A stretch of 64,000 nt of DNA from Candidatus Kaelpia imicola (GTDB lineage: Bacteria; Omnitrophota; Gorgyraeia; Kaelpiales; Kaelpiaceae). Under the pieces are notes generated by a model, which saw only the letters and a list, made by a program, of their open reading frames with translations, had not been told where the DNA came from and searched no databases. The DNA lies in assembly GCA_030765505.1 (NCBI GenBank), contig JAVCCL010000032.1, forward strand, positions 34,807 through 98,806, given 5' to 3'. This document shows, piece by piece, positions 1 through 11,800 of the stretch. Numbering within the stretch: position 1 is the first letter of the stretch; every line of letters starts with the position of its first letter. The translations under genes were made by a program, and so were the position numbers.

Positions 1-164
1 CTTGTCATATAAAGGGTAATAGTGGGTTTGGTTATGACCCTATATTTATACCTAAAGAATATAGCAAAACACTGGCTGAGCTAGGAGTTGATATAAAGAA
101 TAAGATTTCACATAGATATAAGGCGATTAGAGAGGTTTTTAACTTTATAAAGGAGAATTATTAG
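1..164 (+). CDS. rdgB: RdgB/HAM1 non-canonical purine NTP pyrophosphatase, 3' end (partial)
   Basis: Frame 3 reads [38 protein letters not shown]; GFGYDP and KNxISHR are HAM1 motifs; stop TAG 162-164. Confidence 0.9.
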   Translation, partial: CHIKGNSGFGYDPIFIPKEYSKTLAELGVDIKNKISHRYKAIREVFNFIKENY

Positions 165-196
165 AATTTTGGGGGCAATTTGCATTTTATGTAGTA

Positions 197-212
197 TGGT
201 ATAAATATTGCA
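197..212 (+). promoter_or_regulatory. Possible sigma54 -24/-12 element
   Basis: TGGTATAAATATTGCA = GG-N10-GC spacing; could instead be an extended -10 (TGnTATAA). Confidence 0.3.
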
Positions 213-267
213 CAAATATTGCATAAAATGTTTAAAATGAGTAAATTAAAAAAATTCAGAAATCGAC

Positions 268-296
268 TTGACAGTAGGTTGTATTGTGATATAAAT
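268..296 (+). promoter_or_regulatory. sigma70-type promoter for the exported-protein block
   Basis: TTGACA 268-273, then TGATATAAAT at about 16-17 nt spacing. Confidence 0.65.
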
Positions 297-456
297 GTAG
301 CAGGAGGTGGAAGGGCTTAAAGGTGAGACCATGAAGAGAATAAAGTTTAACAATATGATTTTCTGTATTATCGATGCTCGGGAGGGGCGTTGTCAAGATA
401 GATCAAGAAATTCAAATAAGTATGTGTTTAATTTAGTAAAAAAGGAGGAAGGTAAG

Positions 457-1131
457 ATGAAGAAATTTTTGGCACTGGTAGTTTTGGTGGCATTATGTAC
501 AACGCCTGCTTTTGGCCAAGTGGGTGACGGTTTTGTTGCTCCAGAGATAGCTAGTGATGATGTAGGCTTGGTGGCTTCTACGGCTGCTGCTCCATTTGTT
601 GTAGATTGGGGAACAAAAGCTGCATCTGCTTTCGGCAACGCAACAACATTTAGTGGGGTTATAGGTGGAGCTTTATGTGTAGCAATTAACATACAAGAAT
701 TAGACCCTTCATCTATTGATTTTACAAAAATTGAGATTGATTATGCTACTGGAGTACTTACTGCTTCTCCTGGAGCTCTTCCTACAGGTGTTGATTTAGA
801 TAAGTTAGCAGCAAGTATGAAAAGCTCTGTTAGTATTTCGGAAACATTATTAAGCTGGGATGCTAGCTCAGGTACTACTGTGAAGTTAGATGATAATGGG
901 AGCCCAGTAAATGAAGATGGAAAAGTTATTATTGATGCAGAAGGAAATACAGAAGATCCTACTGGATCAGTATCTACTTATGATTTAGCAAGCTATAAGG
1001 TGCAGTTACAGAAAGTTGAAAATTTTCAAGAAGCTCTTGGGCTAGCACGAACTACTAGTCAGAAAAAGACAGCCATTGCAGATTTAGCCGAAGCTGCTAC
1101 ATTACTTGTAAATATGGATAACGGATTTTAA
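457..1131 (+). CDS. Exported hypothetical protein, 224 aa (start revised from 307)
   Basis: Strong RBS AAGGAGG before ATG 457; classical signal peptide MKKFLALVVLVALCTTPAFG; acidic and Ala/Gly/Ser/Thr-rich. Confidence 0.8.
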   Translation: MKKFLALVVLVALCTTPAFGQVGDGFVAPEIASDDVGLVASTAAAPFVVDWGTKAASAFGNATTFSGVIGGALCVAINIQELDPSSIDFTKIEIDYATGVLTASPGALPTGVDLDKLAASMKSSVSISETLLSWDASSGTTVKLDDNGSPVNEDGKVIIDAEGNTEDPTGSVSTYDLASYKVQLQKVENFQEALGLARTTSQKKTAIADLAEAATLLVNMDNGF

Positions 1132-1142
1132 ATAAGGTTTTA

Positions 1143-1174
1143 AATAAAGCCTCTCCTTCGGGAGAGGTTTTATT
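1143..1174 (+). terminator. Intrinsic terminator
   Basis: AATAAAGCCTCTCC-TTCG-GGAGAGGTTTTATT hairpin with UUCG loop. Confidence 0.85.
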
Positions 1175-1225
1175 GGAATTGTTTTTTGAAACTTTTGTAA
1201 AGTTTTTAATTAAGGAGAATATTAA

Positions 1226-4200
1226 ATGAGACAGATTAAAAGGAAAGCAAGTTTTAAAGTGCTTTCAATAATTTTTCTAGAATTTTTTCTCCTATCTCAA
1301 ATAGGCTGGGCTTCAGTTTCACAAGAGATGCTCTCTTCTTATGATCCTGGATTTACAGCTTCTTGTCCAATCAATACGAATAGTTCTTTCTCAATTAATA
1401 TTCCTCTCGAATATGAAGATAGTACTTTCTTTGCTTCTAGCGAGTCGACACTTGAAGAAATAAATGGTTTTACAATAATTCAATCTGATAGTAGTAATAA
1501 TATTCAACTTATAAACCAATATTTTTATGTCGAAATAGTTATTGCAGATAGTGTACCGCCGCTACAAGGAGTTGAGGATATACGTAATTATCTGGAAAAT
1601 CCAGTAGGAGTGCAGGAAATTCTTTTGGAAAGAATTAATGTAGATGAAGAAAAAGATGTTTTTTGTTATAGCTTTAAAGATGTTATTAATTCAGAAAATT
1701 TAGCAATAGAGAGGATTGAATTGGATGAGTCTTCAGGTCAAGTAAGCGTAGAAGGCGGTATAGTAATAGATTATTTAGAGGTTTCATGTGAGCTTGATAA
1801 CGGAGAATTAAACTATCCAGATACAGTAAATTCAATTTCTTCAGTGGAAAATTTTATTCAAATAGTTGGAACTACATATATGGAAGAAAATTATCCAGAG
1901 TTAGCCTCGCAATTGAATTTTTTCATGCATTTTGTTTTAAATAGTTATTTTAATAATGCTACAGGTAGTTGGCCTAAGTCTATTTCATCTCTCGAAGTTA
2001 GTTTTCCAGGTAATGATTACATTATAAGCTATGATAATCAGCATATGTCGATAAATTCTCTGGAAGAAGATTCAACAGATATGGATGTAACTATAAACAG
2101 TGTAGTTGAAATATCTCGAGGTCTCAATCTACCTGCCGAGTATACGCTGTCTTTTAGCAAAGACAGTGAAGCTTTACAGTCATTAAGTCATAAAATAACA
2201 TATTTCCCCGAAAGTGCGTTAGAAAATCCTTGGGAATCAATAGAGATTAGAGATTGCCAGACACAAAAATTGTTGTATAAGGCAGAGAGAGAGTTAAGCG
2301 AAGATGGTTTGCAGATATTGTCTTTTTCTGAAACGCAGTATGATTCTAATGAGGAGATAGTCTCTCAGAGGAAAACAGAGAGATTAGATGATGGTTCAAG
2401 CAGATATGTTCTTGCTGACAAATGGAATAAAATTATAATTTATTATGATGTTACAGAGAAAATAAGAAGAGAAGAGCATTATGTAATGAATCCAGCCGAA
2501 GGTGAATATCAACTAGATTACATGAAAAATGTTTCAGATGTTAATTCTTGGCAGAATGCCTCTGATGAAGTATTTCAACATTACTTTTATATAGTCGGAA
2601 ATGTATGGAGTTTTTCTGATCAAAATCTTGGATTAGGTGATATAACTTTAAGTCAACGCATAGACCAGGTTTTAATTAGTGCAGTAGCGTCTTCTGAAAC
2701 AGGCGAGGGGATTTATTACAACATGCTGGATATTGGTGGATACCATGGTGAATATTCCTCGTCCATATATCAAAGATTATATGAATATAGGGCATGTTTA
2801 ACAAGCGACGGTTCTGATTTAAAAGCATTGTTTGGTCAGGAATTACAGCGATATTTACCTCTTCGTCAAATCGAAACTGCGGATGGTTTAGTAGATGTAT
2901 GGGGGATTGTAGCATTTGAATCTGATAAAATTGATTTAGATAAAGCTAATATAAGAGATGCAATTTTAAATACTTCTTTAGAAAGCAAGGTTATGGATTT
3001 ATATGACATGATAATGGAAGAGAATGGTTCTTGGTTTACTCAATTGACGTCTGAGCAGAAAAGAGATGTATTTAGAAAATTTTTGGAGCCGTTAAAAATA
3101 GATGAAGAAGGTTTAATAAGTGCAGTCTTTGAAAGTGTTGATACTGAATACGAAACTTTTGTTGAAATTTTTGATAGATACTTTATGAAAGAAGTAGATA
3201 TTCCAAAATACGACGAGAGTGATTTTGCAGATAAATTTTTGTATATCCTTGGAGGGGCTAAAAGCTCTGATTCTCTCAACTCTTTCGTGGATACAATATG
3301 TTCTTATCAATCAAACATTCAAGCTTTTCCCGGGGATATTAGAATAGAAGAATTTTATATGGGTAAAGATAATTTTTATAATGACAGAGAATTGGCTTTT
3401 GTTGATGTTTATCAGGAGACAGCAGGAGAAGAGCGTAGATTATTGCAGCGCTGGGCGGGTGCTAATATTTATAAATTTACGGAATGGGATCAAGAAGGGA
3501 GTCCTATAGCTTGCGAGTTAGACGGGGAATTTATTTCTTTTCCTCACGAGGATATATTAAAAGCAGGCTCCCCTGGTGATTGGGAAGAGATGAATCAGGC
3601 GCCTAATAGTTTGTTTCCGATGATTCCCAAGGTTCCAGAGTGGATGTGTCATGGGAAGGTCGGTCTTACTCTTATAAAAAAGAGATATGCTACTGATGGG
3701 CTTAATGTTGCAGCTACCCCTGATTTTGAATCTTTCAGACCTGTTGAATTTGGTGATACATTTAACGAAAGCTATTTTACGCAAGATGAATTTTTGTCTA
3801 GAGATCCAGAGATACTTAAAACATTTTTAAATTTAAATACCGTAACCAGAGGTTTAATTGAAAAGTTTAATATTTCAATTTCAGAATTAGAAGGTAAGCC
3901 ACTCAGTGTTGTTTTTTACGAGATTAATCAAACTATAGCTGATAGATTAGGATTTTCCAATGAGATGAGAGAAGAGCAATTAGAACATCTTAGTGTAGTT
4001 AGGCGTGAATATTATCTTAGAGAAGTGCTTGGTATTACCGAAGAGTCTAAAATCGCTGCCTGTCTCTATGAAAGTAATGAAGTTATTGCTGAGGTCTTTA
4101 GAATGGAATCTATTGGATATAGTGAAGAGCAGATACAAGGTTTTTTGGCGATAGATGAATCTCTTGATGGAATAGCAAGCGAACTGGTTTATATGAGTAG

Positions 4201-5800
4201 GGCAGAGATCGAGGTAAACCTTGCAGAGTTTGGATATAGCTCTGAACAGGTAGATGAATTTTTTGCTATAGAAGATGCATGTCGGTTGGAATCGGAAAGT
4301 GTTTTGCAGCTTCTTAAAGAAGTATATGGAGATGATATTGAACAAATTATGATTACTGCTTTTGAAGATTCTATAAAAGGAACTCCGATGCAAGCATTGA
4401 TAGATAGTGAGGAGTATAGAGAATTTAAAGAAGAGGTTGGATTGATGGGGGTGATAACAAGTGATCCTGAAATAGCTAAAATAGTTTTAAATCGGCTATT
4501 GTTATATTACGATGATTATGAAGATATTGATTTAGATGAATTAATAACAGATTTTAATTCTATTGCAAGTAGAAATTCTGATGTAATAAAAGATTATTTA
4601 GACGTTGTATTAATTGGTACAGAAGATTTCAACGACTGGACCGATAAAGAAATAAGAAGTGCATTATCTTGTGCGTATTTAAAGACAAGAAGAGGGGAAG
4701 AGAGCGCAGACGATGCTTATGAACGGAGAGCAGATTTATTTAGCGCTTGGATGGAAGCAAATAGAGATGTAGGTTATCCTGCTTTTGGAGTAGCTCCGAC
4801 TCAGGATATAATGATTGCTCCTTATTCTGATCGTATGAACTGGGCTCAATTTGCAGGTTGGTCTTTAACGGGTTTAAGTGCTGCTTTTCTTGTTGCTTCG
4901 GGCATAGGTGCAATTTCTGCAGTTACTCTTCCTGTATGGTTAACTCCAATAGTTGCAAATGCAGGTCTTGCGAAAGTTGCTGCTTTTACTGTTGCAGGAA
5001 CATTGTTAACTGGAGTAATGACTGGATCATGGGCGCAAGCCCCATATGGAGGTATTCAGGGTTTTCTTCTAGGGATAACTTATCAAATTTTGCCTAGCGT
5101 TATAAGTGGAACATTAAGATTAGGACGTCCCTTGCTTGCAAAAATACTGGGAAGTACTGTTAGAGCGTCCAATTTCCTTTTGGAATCTGCTAGCCAAAGA
5201 GCGCTTCTAATACCTCTTATAAAGACAGCTACTGGAACAGCTTTTAAAGGACATAAAGTATTGACTTTAGCAGAACGTTTTGGTTGGTTTATTGGTAGTT
5301 ACAAGTTTATTTCTCAGCCTATAGCGGAAGGAGTGGCGAATATTGCTATGAGGAGAAAAGGTTTGGATCCTCAAGATTCTCAGAATCTTTGGATTCATGA
5401 ATTGGCTAATATAGGGGCATTATTAATTATGCCGTTATTTATACCTGGGTCTTGGGCGATGAATACAAGTGTTATATATAGCGGTGGCGAATATCAAGCA
5501 ATCAGACCGTTTACAACAGCTAATAACGTATCTCATTATATTGGAAATTGGACGACGCGGGGCAGTTTTCGTAGCTATGGTAGTTCTCAATTATCGGGGG
5601 CTATTGCTATGCCTTTGGGAGTACAAAGATTGCTTGAAGAATTAGATCAAGATGTAACAGGGATAGAGCTAGGGGTTGCATTAGATAGTTATGGTGTGGA
5701 AAATGAGGAATGGCGAGCAACTTTAAATACCGATTTTGATTCTTGGAAGATGGTATATGAAATTTTATCTGAACTAGGGGTGCTTGAAGATGGAGAATAA
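1226..5800 (+). CDS. Large exported acidic protein (1524 aa) with C-terminal Gly/Ala-rich hydrophobic helices
   Basis: RBS AAGGAG; leader FKVLSIIFLEFFLLSQIGWA; hydrophobic block at about nt 4835-5450; no recognisable family. Confidence 0.8.
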   Translation: MRQIKRKASFKVLSIIFLEFFLLSQIGWASVSQEMLSSYDPGFTASCPINTNSSFSINIPLEYEDSTFFASSESTLEEINGFTIIQSDSSNNIQLINQYFYVEIVIADSVPPLQGVEDIRNYLENPVGVQEILLERINVDEEKDVFCYSFKDVINSENLAIERIELDESSGQVSVEGGIVIDYLEVSCELDNGELNYPDTVNSISSVENFIQIVGTTYMEENYPELASQLNFFMHFVLNSYFNNATGSWPKSISSLEVSFPGNDYIISYDNQHMSINSLEEDSTDMDVTINSVVEISRGLNLPAEYTLSFSKDSEALQSLSHKITYFPESALENPWESIEIRDCQTQKLLYKAERELSEDGLQILSFSETQYDSNEEIVSQRKTERLDDGSSRYVLADKWNKIIIYYDVTEKIRREEHYVMNPAEGEYQLDYMKNVSDVNSWQNASDEVFQHYFYIVGNVWSFSDQNLGLGDITLSQRIDQVLISAVASSETGEGIYYNMLDIGGYHGEYSSSIYQRLYEYRACLTSDGSDLKALFGQELQRYLPLRQIETADGLVDVWGIVAFESDKIDLDKANIRDAILNTSLESKVMDLYDMIMEENGSWFTQLTSEQKRDVFRKFLEPLKIDEEGLISAVFESVDTEYETFVEIFDRYFMKEVDIPKYDESDFADKFLYILGGAKSSDSLNSFVDTICSYQSNIQAFPGDIRIEEFYMGKDNFYNDRELAFVDVYQETAGEERRLLQRWAGANIYKFTEWDQEGSPIACELDGEFISFPHEDILKAGSPGDWEEMNQAPNSLFPMIPKVPEWMCHGKVGLTLIKKRYATDGLNVAATPDFESFRPVEFGDTFNESYFTQDEFLSRDPEILKTFLNLNTVTRGLIEKFNISISELEGKPLSVVFYEINQTIADRLGFSNEMREEQLEHLSVVRREYYLREVLGITEESKIAACLYESNEVIAEVFRMESIGYSEEQIQGFLAIDESLDGIASELVYMSRAEIEVNLAEFGYSSEQVDEFFAIEDACRLESESVLQLLKEVYGDDIEQIMITAFEDSIKGTPMQALIDSEEYREFKEEVGLMGVITSDPEIAKIVLNRLLLYYDDYEDIDLDELITDFNSIASRNSDVIKDYLDVVLIGTEDFNDWTDKEIRSALSCAYLKTRRGEESADDAYERRADLFSAWMEANRDVGYPAFGVAPTQDIMIAPYSDRMNWAQFAGWSLTGLSAAFLVASGIGAISAVTLPVWLTPIVANAGLAKVAAFTVAGTLLTGVMTGSWAQAPYGGIQGFLLGITYQILPSVISGTLRLGRPLLAKILGSTVRASNFLLESASQRALLIPLIKTATGTAFKGHKVLTLAERFGWFIGSYKFISQPIAEGVANIAMRRKGLDPQDSQNLWIHELANIGALLIMPLFIPGSWAMNTSVIYSGGEYQAIRPFTTANNVSHYIGNWTTRGSFRSYGSSQLSGAIAMPLGVQRLLEELDQDVTGIELGVALDSYGVENEEWRATLNTDFDSWKMVYEILSELGVLEDGE

Positions 5801-8800
5801 AGGCCAAAAAAAATATTCTAAAAATAAATACTTTGCAAAAGTATTTAAGGATTGGTCTTTACAAGATTTTATAAAGAAGATAATACTTGTTTTAATTAGT
5901 GAGATATTTCTTGTAACACAGTTATGTTATGGAATAGAAATAACTACCGAACCAGATCAGCTTCCTCCTTTTTTCGGGGATGCTACTGACTTTGCTTTTC
6001 CACTCGATGAAACAAGTCTTTTCCCAGTTAGTCAGACTATTTCAGGTGCACCAAGCCAAGTAGGTACTCTTATATTTGATGCCGGCGATAATCAAATTGT
6101 GCCGGTTAATGTTGAAGAAATAACAGATGGAACATATCAGATTACTCTTCCTTTTGGTTCGGAAGAAGATCCTGTTTTTAACAATTTTCTTGTATCTGGA
6201 TATGAAGTTTATGAAAACGGATGGATACATGCTGATTCCTTGGCTTTAGTAGAAGAGGGTTCTTCATATATAACATATCGCAATTTAGACATGAAACCTG
6301 GTGAGTCTGGAGACGGAGAGAGTAGTGGTTTTATTATCTGGAATGCAGAATTTGAAGTCATTGACGGTACATTCGGGGTTATTGAAGAGGGTGAACTTAC
6401 ACAGTTTAGTTCTTATCAAACAAAGATACTTAAAAAAACAATGTTTAACAGCTATGATCCAGATGGACAAAGATATTTTGAGGGTGACAGAACTGATGAT
6501 GGCGGGCTTATTACAAGCCCTGAAGATTTCAGTGGGATATTTACTGATGATTTCAGGGAAAGCTATTTTAAATATCAGCGTGATTTGCTGAGAGGTCATA
6601 TTGATCCCAGTTTATTTGGTGAAATAGAACCGATTGCGTTTCGGATAAATTATGACGACCAGAAAGATCAGTATGATTTTGAAGCAAATATTAATATTAA
6701 TATTTATTCAATGCTTGCTTATTCTGGTTTTGTTTCTTTTAGTTCTGAATCAAATTTAAATAACATAACCTCTACGGCTATAATAATAAATGAAGAAGTT
6801 GATACAGGATTAGATGAAGAAGCTACTGCAATAATAGATGAAGAAGGAGGGGCAGTTTTAAGCGATGAAATAGAATATTTAAATTTTGGTGCTGGCCTTA
6901 AAGTGGAAGAAAGGTGGGGCATGGTCAATACTTTTACGACGCTTTTAAATAAAAATCTTATTGATGAGGACGGGAACGTTAAAATAAGAGTTAAAGTAGG
7001 TGATGGAACAGAGGGTGTAGAGTTTAGTGTTCCTTTTGTTTACTTGTTAGGAGATGTCCCTCCACCAAAAGAATACTCTCGACCCTCATATAGTGTTATA
7101 GACGATAAATATGACGACCTTACATATTTAATAATGCAGGATATTTGGGATGCGCTTAGATATGACATTATAAGAAAAGAACAAGATATGCAGGAACTAG
7201 ACGATATAATCCATTTACCTGGGTATCTTAAAGACTTAGCTTATTGGCATTTTAGGTATGATGAGACAGGTGATGAGACAGGTGAGGTAAAGAAAGGTTA
7301 TTATCTAGGTGATTTTGGAAGTGTTAGATTTGATGAGAATAGTTCCGAAGTTGTTTTTAATCTTGATTTTACTGAAGAAGAAAAAGAAGCGTGGTTGGGT
7401 TGGGTTTCTCCTGATTTGTATTTTTATGATCGAGACCCGAGTAAATTAACAGCGGCTTTAAATGAATATATTGGAGCAGCATTAGATCTCCCAGAAAAAC
7501 CTCAAGGTGTTATTGCAACGATTGAGCAGGTGCGGGAACAGGCTCTGAATGGAGAATATTATACGATTATTCTTGGCGAAAGATTAGATGATGTTACGAC
7601 TACCTTAGAGAGTTTTACAGTCGATGAGTTATATGAAAATAAAGAGGATTTATATTTTAAAAATCCATTCAGACAGCATGCCTTAAAATATCTACTGGAT
7701 AATGATTTGATAGATACATTAGGAAATGTTGCGGTATCTATTAATATTGACCAGAGTTCTCCTCAAGATGTAGTAGAAATAGTGCTTCCATATCAATACT
7801 TTATTTTATTTGCAGATCCATTACGAGAATCTCTTCCATTAGAATGGAGAGATGATGGAGGATCTCATGACGAAGCTTGTGATGTTTTTTATGATATTCT
7901 AGCAAATGTATCCGGGCGATTAGGTGCTAGAGGGAGAGTAGATATTGATTATGAAAGCAAAAGTTTAATTTATACAGGAAATGAAATAGAGTCTATTATA
8001 TCAACCCCAGAGATGGAACTTGAAATTGGTAGTCTTGTTGTAATATTAGCTGAGAGAGTCACTGTAGATAAAATGAATGATATAGAAATAATTCATAAGC
8101 TTCCAGAAGATGTCGAGTTAGATATGAATGCTATGTTTTTAGACTTAGCTAATGGAATGCTTGACGACCATAGCGTAGAAGAAGATGGTGAACTTGTAGA
8201 AGTTAAAGGACTAAATTCATTGCTTTATGATTTGGATGTTTTAATCGAAGAGGGTGATTGGTCAGAGACAGCTGTAGTAATCGATAAAATATCAGCCATT
8301 AGTCTAGATTTTAAAGAGAAGATGGAGTATATACGGGTCTGTGATTACTACGTTGATCGCTTAACATATATCCATGGAGGGAGTCGGAATGCAAAAATAT
8401 TATGGTGTATAAATATTTCACCCAACTCAGATGGAATAGAAAGCGATATTTATCCATTCATTGAAACACTGCAAAAGTTCTCCCAAGGTAATTGGGCAGA
8501 GGGCATGGAGATCTATAATAACCATGCTCAAGAGTATGACGATAGTCGTCACTTTATAACAGGTTTATTTGGTGAGCTTGATACTGAGATCTCAAGTCAG
8601 ATGAAGAAAGTAGCTGTTCGTGTAGGAATAGCTCGTGCGGCAACCTTTGTCATTTTAAGTATTGCATCTGCAAAACTGGGATTTCTTGCAGGTCGATTCT
8701 TAGGCGCTTGGTCTAAGACCCTTCCATTTATACAGAAGATTCAGGCGTCAACAAGTATCGGTGCACAGATGGCAAAAGGTACTTGGGCAGGATTTAAGGC

Positions 8801-11800
8801 GGTTACCAGGATTTTAGGTGTCTATGTAGATAATGCGACTGAAGCAGCACTAATGTGGCAGTCGTTGCTGCCATTTATGGGTAAAGCCGGTAGGATGCTG
8901 GGGAGTTTAAGTCCGAATTTATTTGGTATGGCGTTACGTTATGGAGTTAACGCTTCTATAGTAGGTACAGGTGCAGCAATGGGTTATCTAAAACCAGGGA
9001 GGAATTTATGGTCTTTCATGAATAATCCTGTTGGATTCTTAATCCCTGCGTCTGAACGTCTAGGTAATTTAGGAGATGTTTTTGAATTTATATCTGTTGC
9101 ATTGGATGGATTTAACTTTGCAAGGACTGGAAGATGGCCTACAAGATCTCCTATGCTAGATTTTTGTCGTAAATATGAGATCCATGTCCCACTTATTACA
9201 CAGATTCAAGAAAAGATAGAAGGCTTTAAAACAGAAGTAGCTTTGCAAAATGTGCTGAATAAATTTAAGACGGCTCGGGCAACTATACATCAGGCAAATA
9301 TAGTTTTTAGCGCAGGACTTTTTGCCGGCTTAGATGTAACTGCTCTAGAAGTGGAATCTTCTTCTACTTCAAGTAGCGTTGAGAGTCAGAGTGAATCAGA
9401 CGAAGAGCCCACTGCACAGTTTGTGTATTTTGCTGATTTAGAGAAGTTTCCGAATGAGGAGAGTTTTCTTGATTATATAAAAGGTTTTAAAGTACGAGTT
9501 AGTGGTGAAGTCAGAAACTTCTGGGATGTGTTATATGAAAAGAATGTTGACCAAAGTAAGACATTAACAGAAGCAGGATTTTTAAAACTTAAATATGAAT
9601 TGATTGGATTAACAGTAGAAGAATTACAAAGATTTCAGGAACTGAAAGGAGACGAAGCCGAAGAATTAATAAGTGCTGGAAATATGCCATTCTTTACTCA
9701 ATTTTACCGTGCTTTATCTGAAAATTTGAATAATCTAACAGATAGGACAGATGTTTCTTTAGCTCAGGCGTTGGCTAAAGTCTATACGGTTATGCACAAT
9801 ACCCTTAGCGTAGGAACAGGCATCCCTTTAAATCTAACATTCCCGCAACTGCTTGCAGCATACTTTGTATGTGAGGGATACAATGTAAGAAAAACTGATA
9901 CAGGTAAAATACGTTCAATTATAGATAAAGTCTTTAATGTATCTACAGGTGAAGGCAAAACCTATATAGAACCTGCAGCTGCAGCAGCGCTTGCATTGAT
10001 GAGGAAAGACGGGGAAAAAGCATTTGATACGGTGCTTATTGCATTCTCTTCTAATATTCTTTGTAAAAGAGATTTCGAGGGTAAAACTGATAACGACAGA
10101 GGTGTTAATATCGATATGCAGGAGTTTTATAGCGCCTTGGGCTTAAGAGTAGCCCATTTAGAGGAACCCCGTGATAATACAGTTAAATCATTTGTAGATT
10201 ACAAACGTAATTTACTAGAAAGGTTGAGAGGGCAGCATAAGCCAGACATTGTTTATGCACCTATTTCAAATATAATATTTCACATTGCTTATAAACTGGC
10301 TGATGAGGATTATTCAGAATTTGATAATTTAGACCGAGTAGCTGTAATTCTTGATGAAGTTGATGCTACTGCCTTAGAACAAGCACAGAGTCCATTTATA
10401 ATAAGCAGGGGTGGCGCAGAAACATACCGCGTTGGTACGCCAGAGGGAGATTTCTTTGAAGCTGTAGGTAGATATATTCGCGGATTGGATTTATTCGGCA
10501 AGTTTGGCTTGTGGGAATCATCACCTGAGGTAGATATTGATGCTTTGAAACAGGAAATCCAAGAATCTAGGGATATTAGCGATGAGGATAGAGAAAATCT
10601 GATAGAAGAATTAAGTGCAGGGAATAGTCCTTTGCAGGTATATCGTGACTGGAAGTTAAAAGTATCGTCTGAGTTAAGAGAGCAGATTCCAGAGATATTA
10701 GCTGACAATATTGCAGATTTAAATTACTCTGGCTTAATTGAGGCGCTGGGATCAGCCGAGAGTATAATACAAAATTATAAAGATAAGTACATTATAGAGT
10801 TTGAAAATGGTGTTCCAAGAGTAATTATTGTAAGTGAATTTAGTCACGAAGCACAGCCAGGTAAAAAATGGCAGAATTGGATACACCAAATGATAGAATC
10901 TTATGTAGAAGGGGTTCCTGTGAGTACGACTAGCTATACTTCAGGTTCAGTTATTATGTATGAAATACTTGCAAAAATGGGTTATGTTGTAGGGCTTTCA
11001 GGCACTGTGGATGTATTTCAAAAAGTTTGGCAAGATCTTCTTAATGCCGCAGTTATGACTTTTCCTGAAGCTTTAAATGATTTAGAGCAGTTTCGAAAGA
11101 CAACTCCTGTATATGGTTATACAAATTATGATCGTAGTCAACAGGATATGATTGGAAGCCTTATAGAGCATGCTATGCACGGCGAATCTGTTGTATTGGC
11201 AACATTAAAATATGAACAGAAGTGTGATGCTGTTTTGACATATTTTAGAGATCAGGGTGCCCAAATAGAAGAAGAAGCTATAGAGGAAACAGAGGGTAAG
11301 ATACGCTATAAGGTAACTTTGTCTACGGGAGATGTTCTGTATGTACAGAAATATGGAGCTCGGGAAGATTTAGACCCAGTGTTAAAAGGTATGATTGAAC
11401 AATTAGCAGGAGAAATGGGATTAATTACAATTGGTTCTCCGATTTTTGGTAGGGGAATTGACATTGATACATCACAAAGAATTTCTGAAGATTCTACTGA
11501 TAATAACGCGATATCTAAAAATGAATTGATTCAGGAAGTACTGGAGAATACATTAAGTGGTCAAGCTGTTGTATTTGCTTCAGAAAAGCATGAGGATGCA
11601 CTGAATGAATTCCTATCTTATTTAGCATTAGATGATATAGAAGCTGAGTCTGTAGAAGGCTTAGAAGGTGCTAGAAAAATTAGAATAGAGTATGAAGGTA
11701 AAGAAGTAGTATTGTTTAGTTACGGCACTAAAGAAGGTGATTTATCCCCAGAGGTAAAAGCAAAAATTCAAGCAGAGATAGACCAAGCTAATGAAATTAA

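Noticed and set aside
307-456. N-terminal extension of the first ORF (also track extensions at 37465, 46704, 46711, 48099, 58045)
   Set aside because: A better RBS, signal peptide or family N-terminus lies at a downstream ATG.
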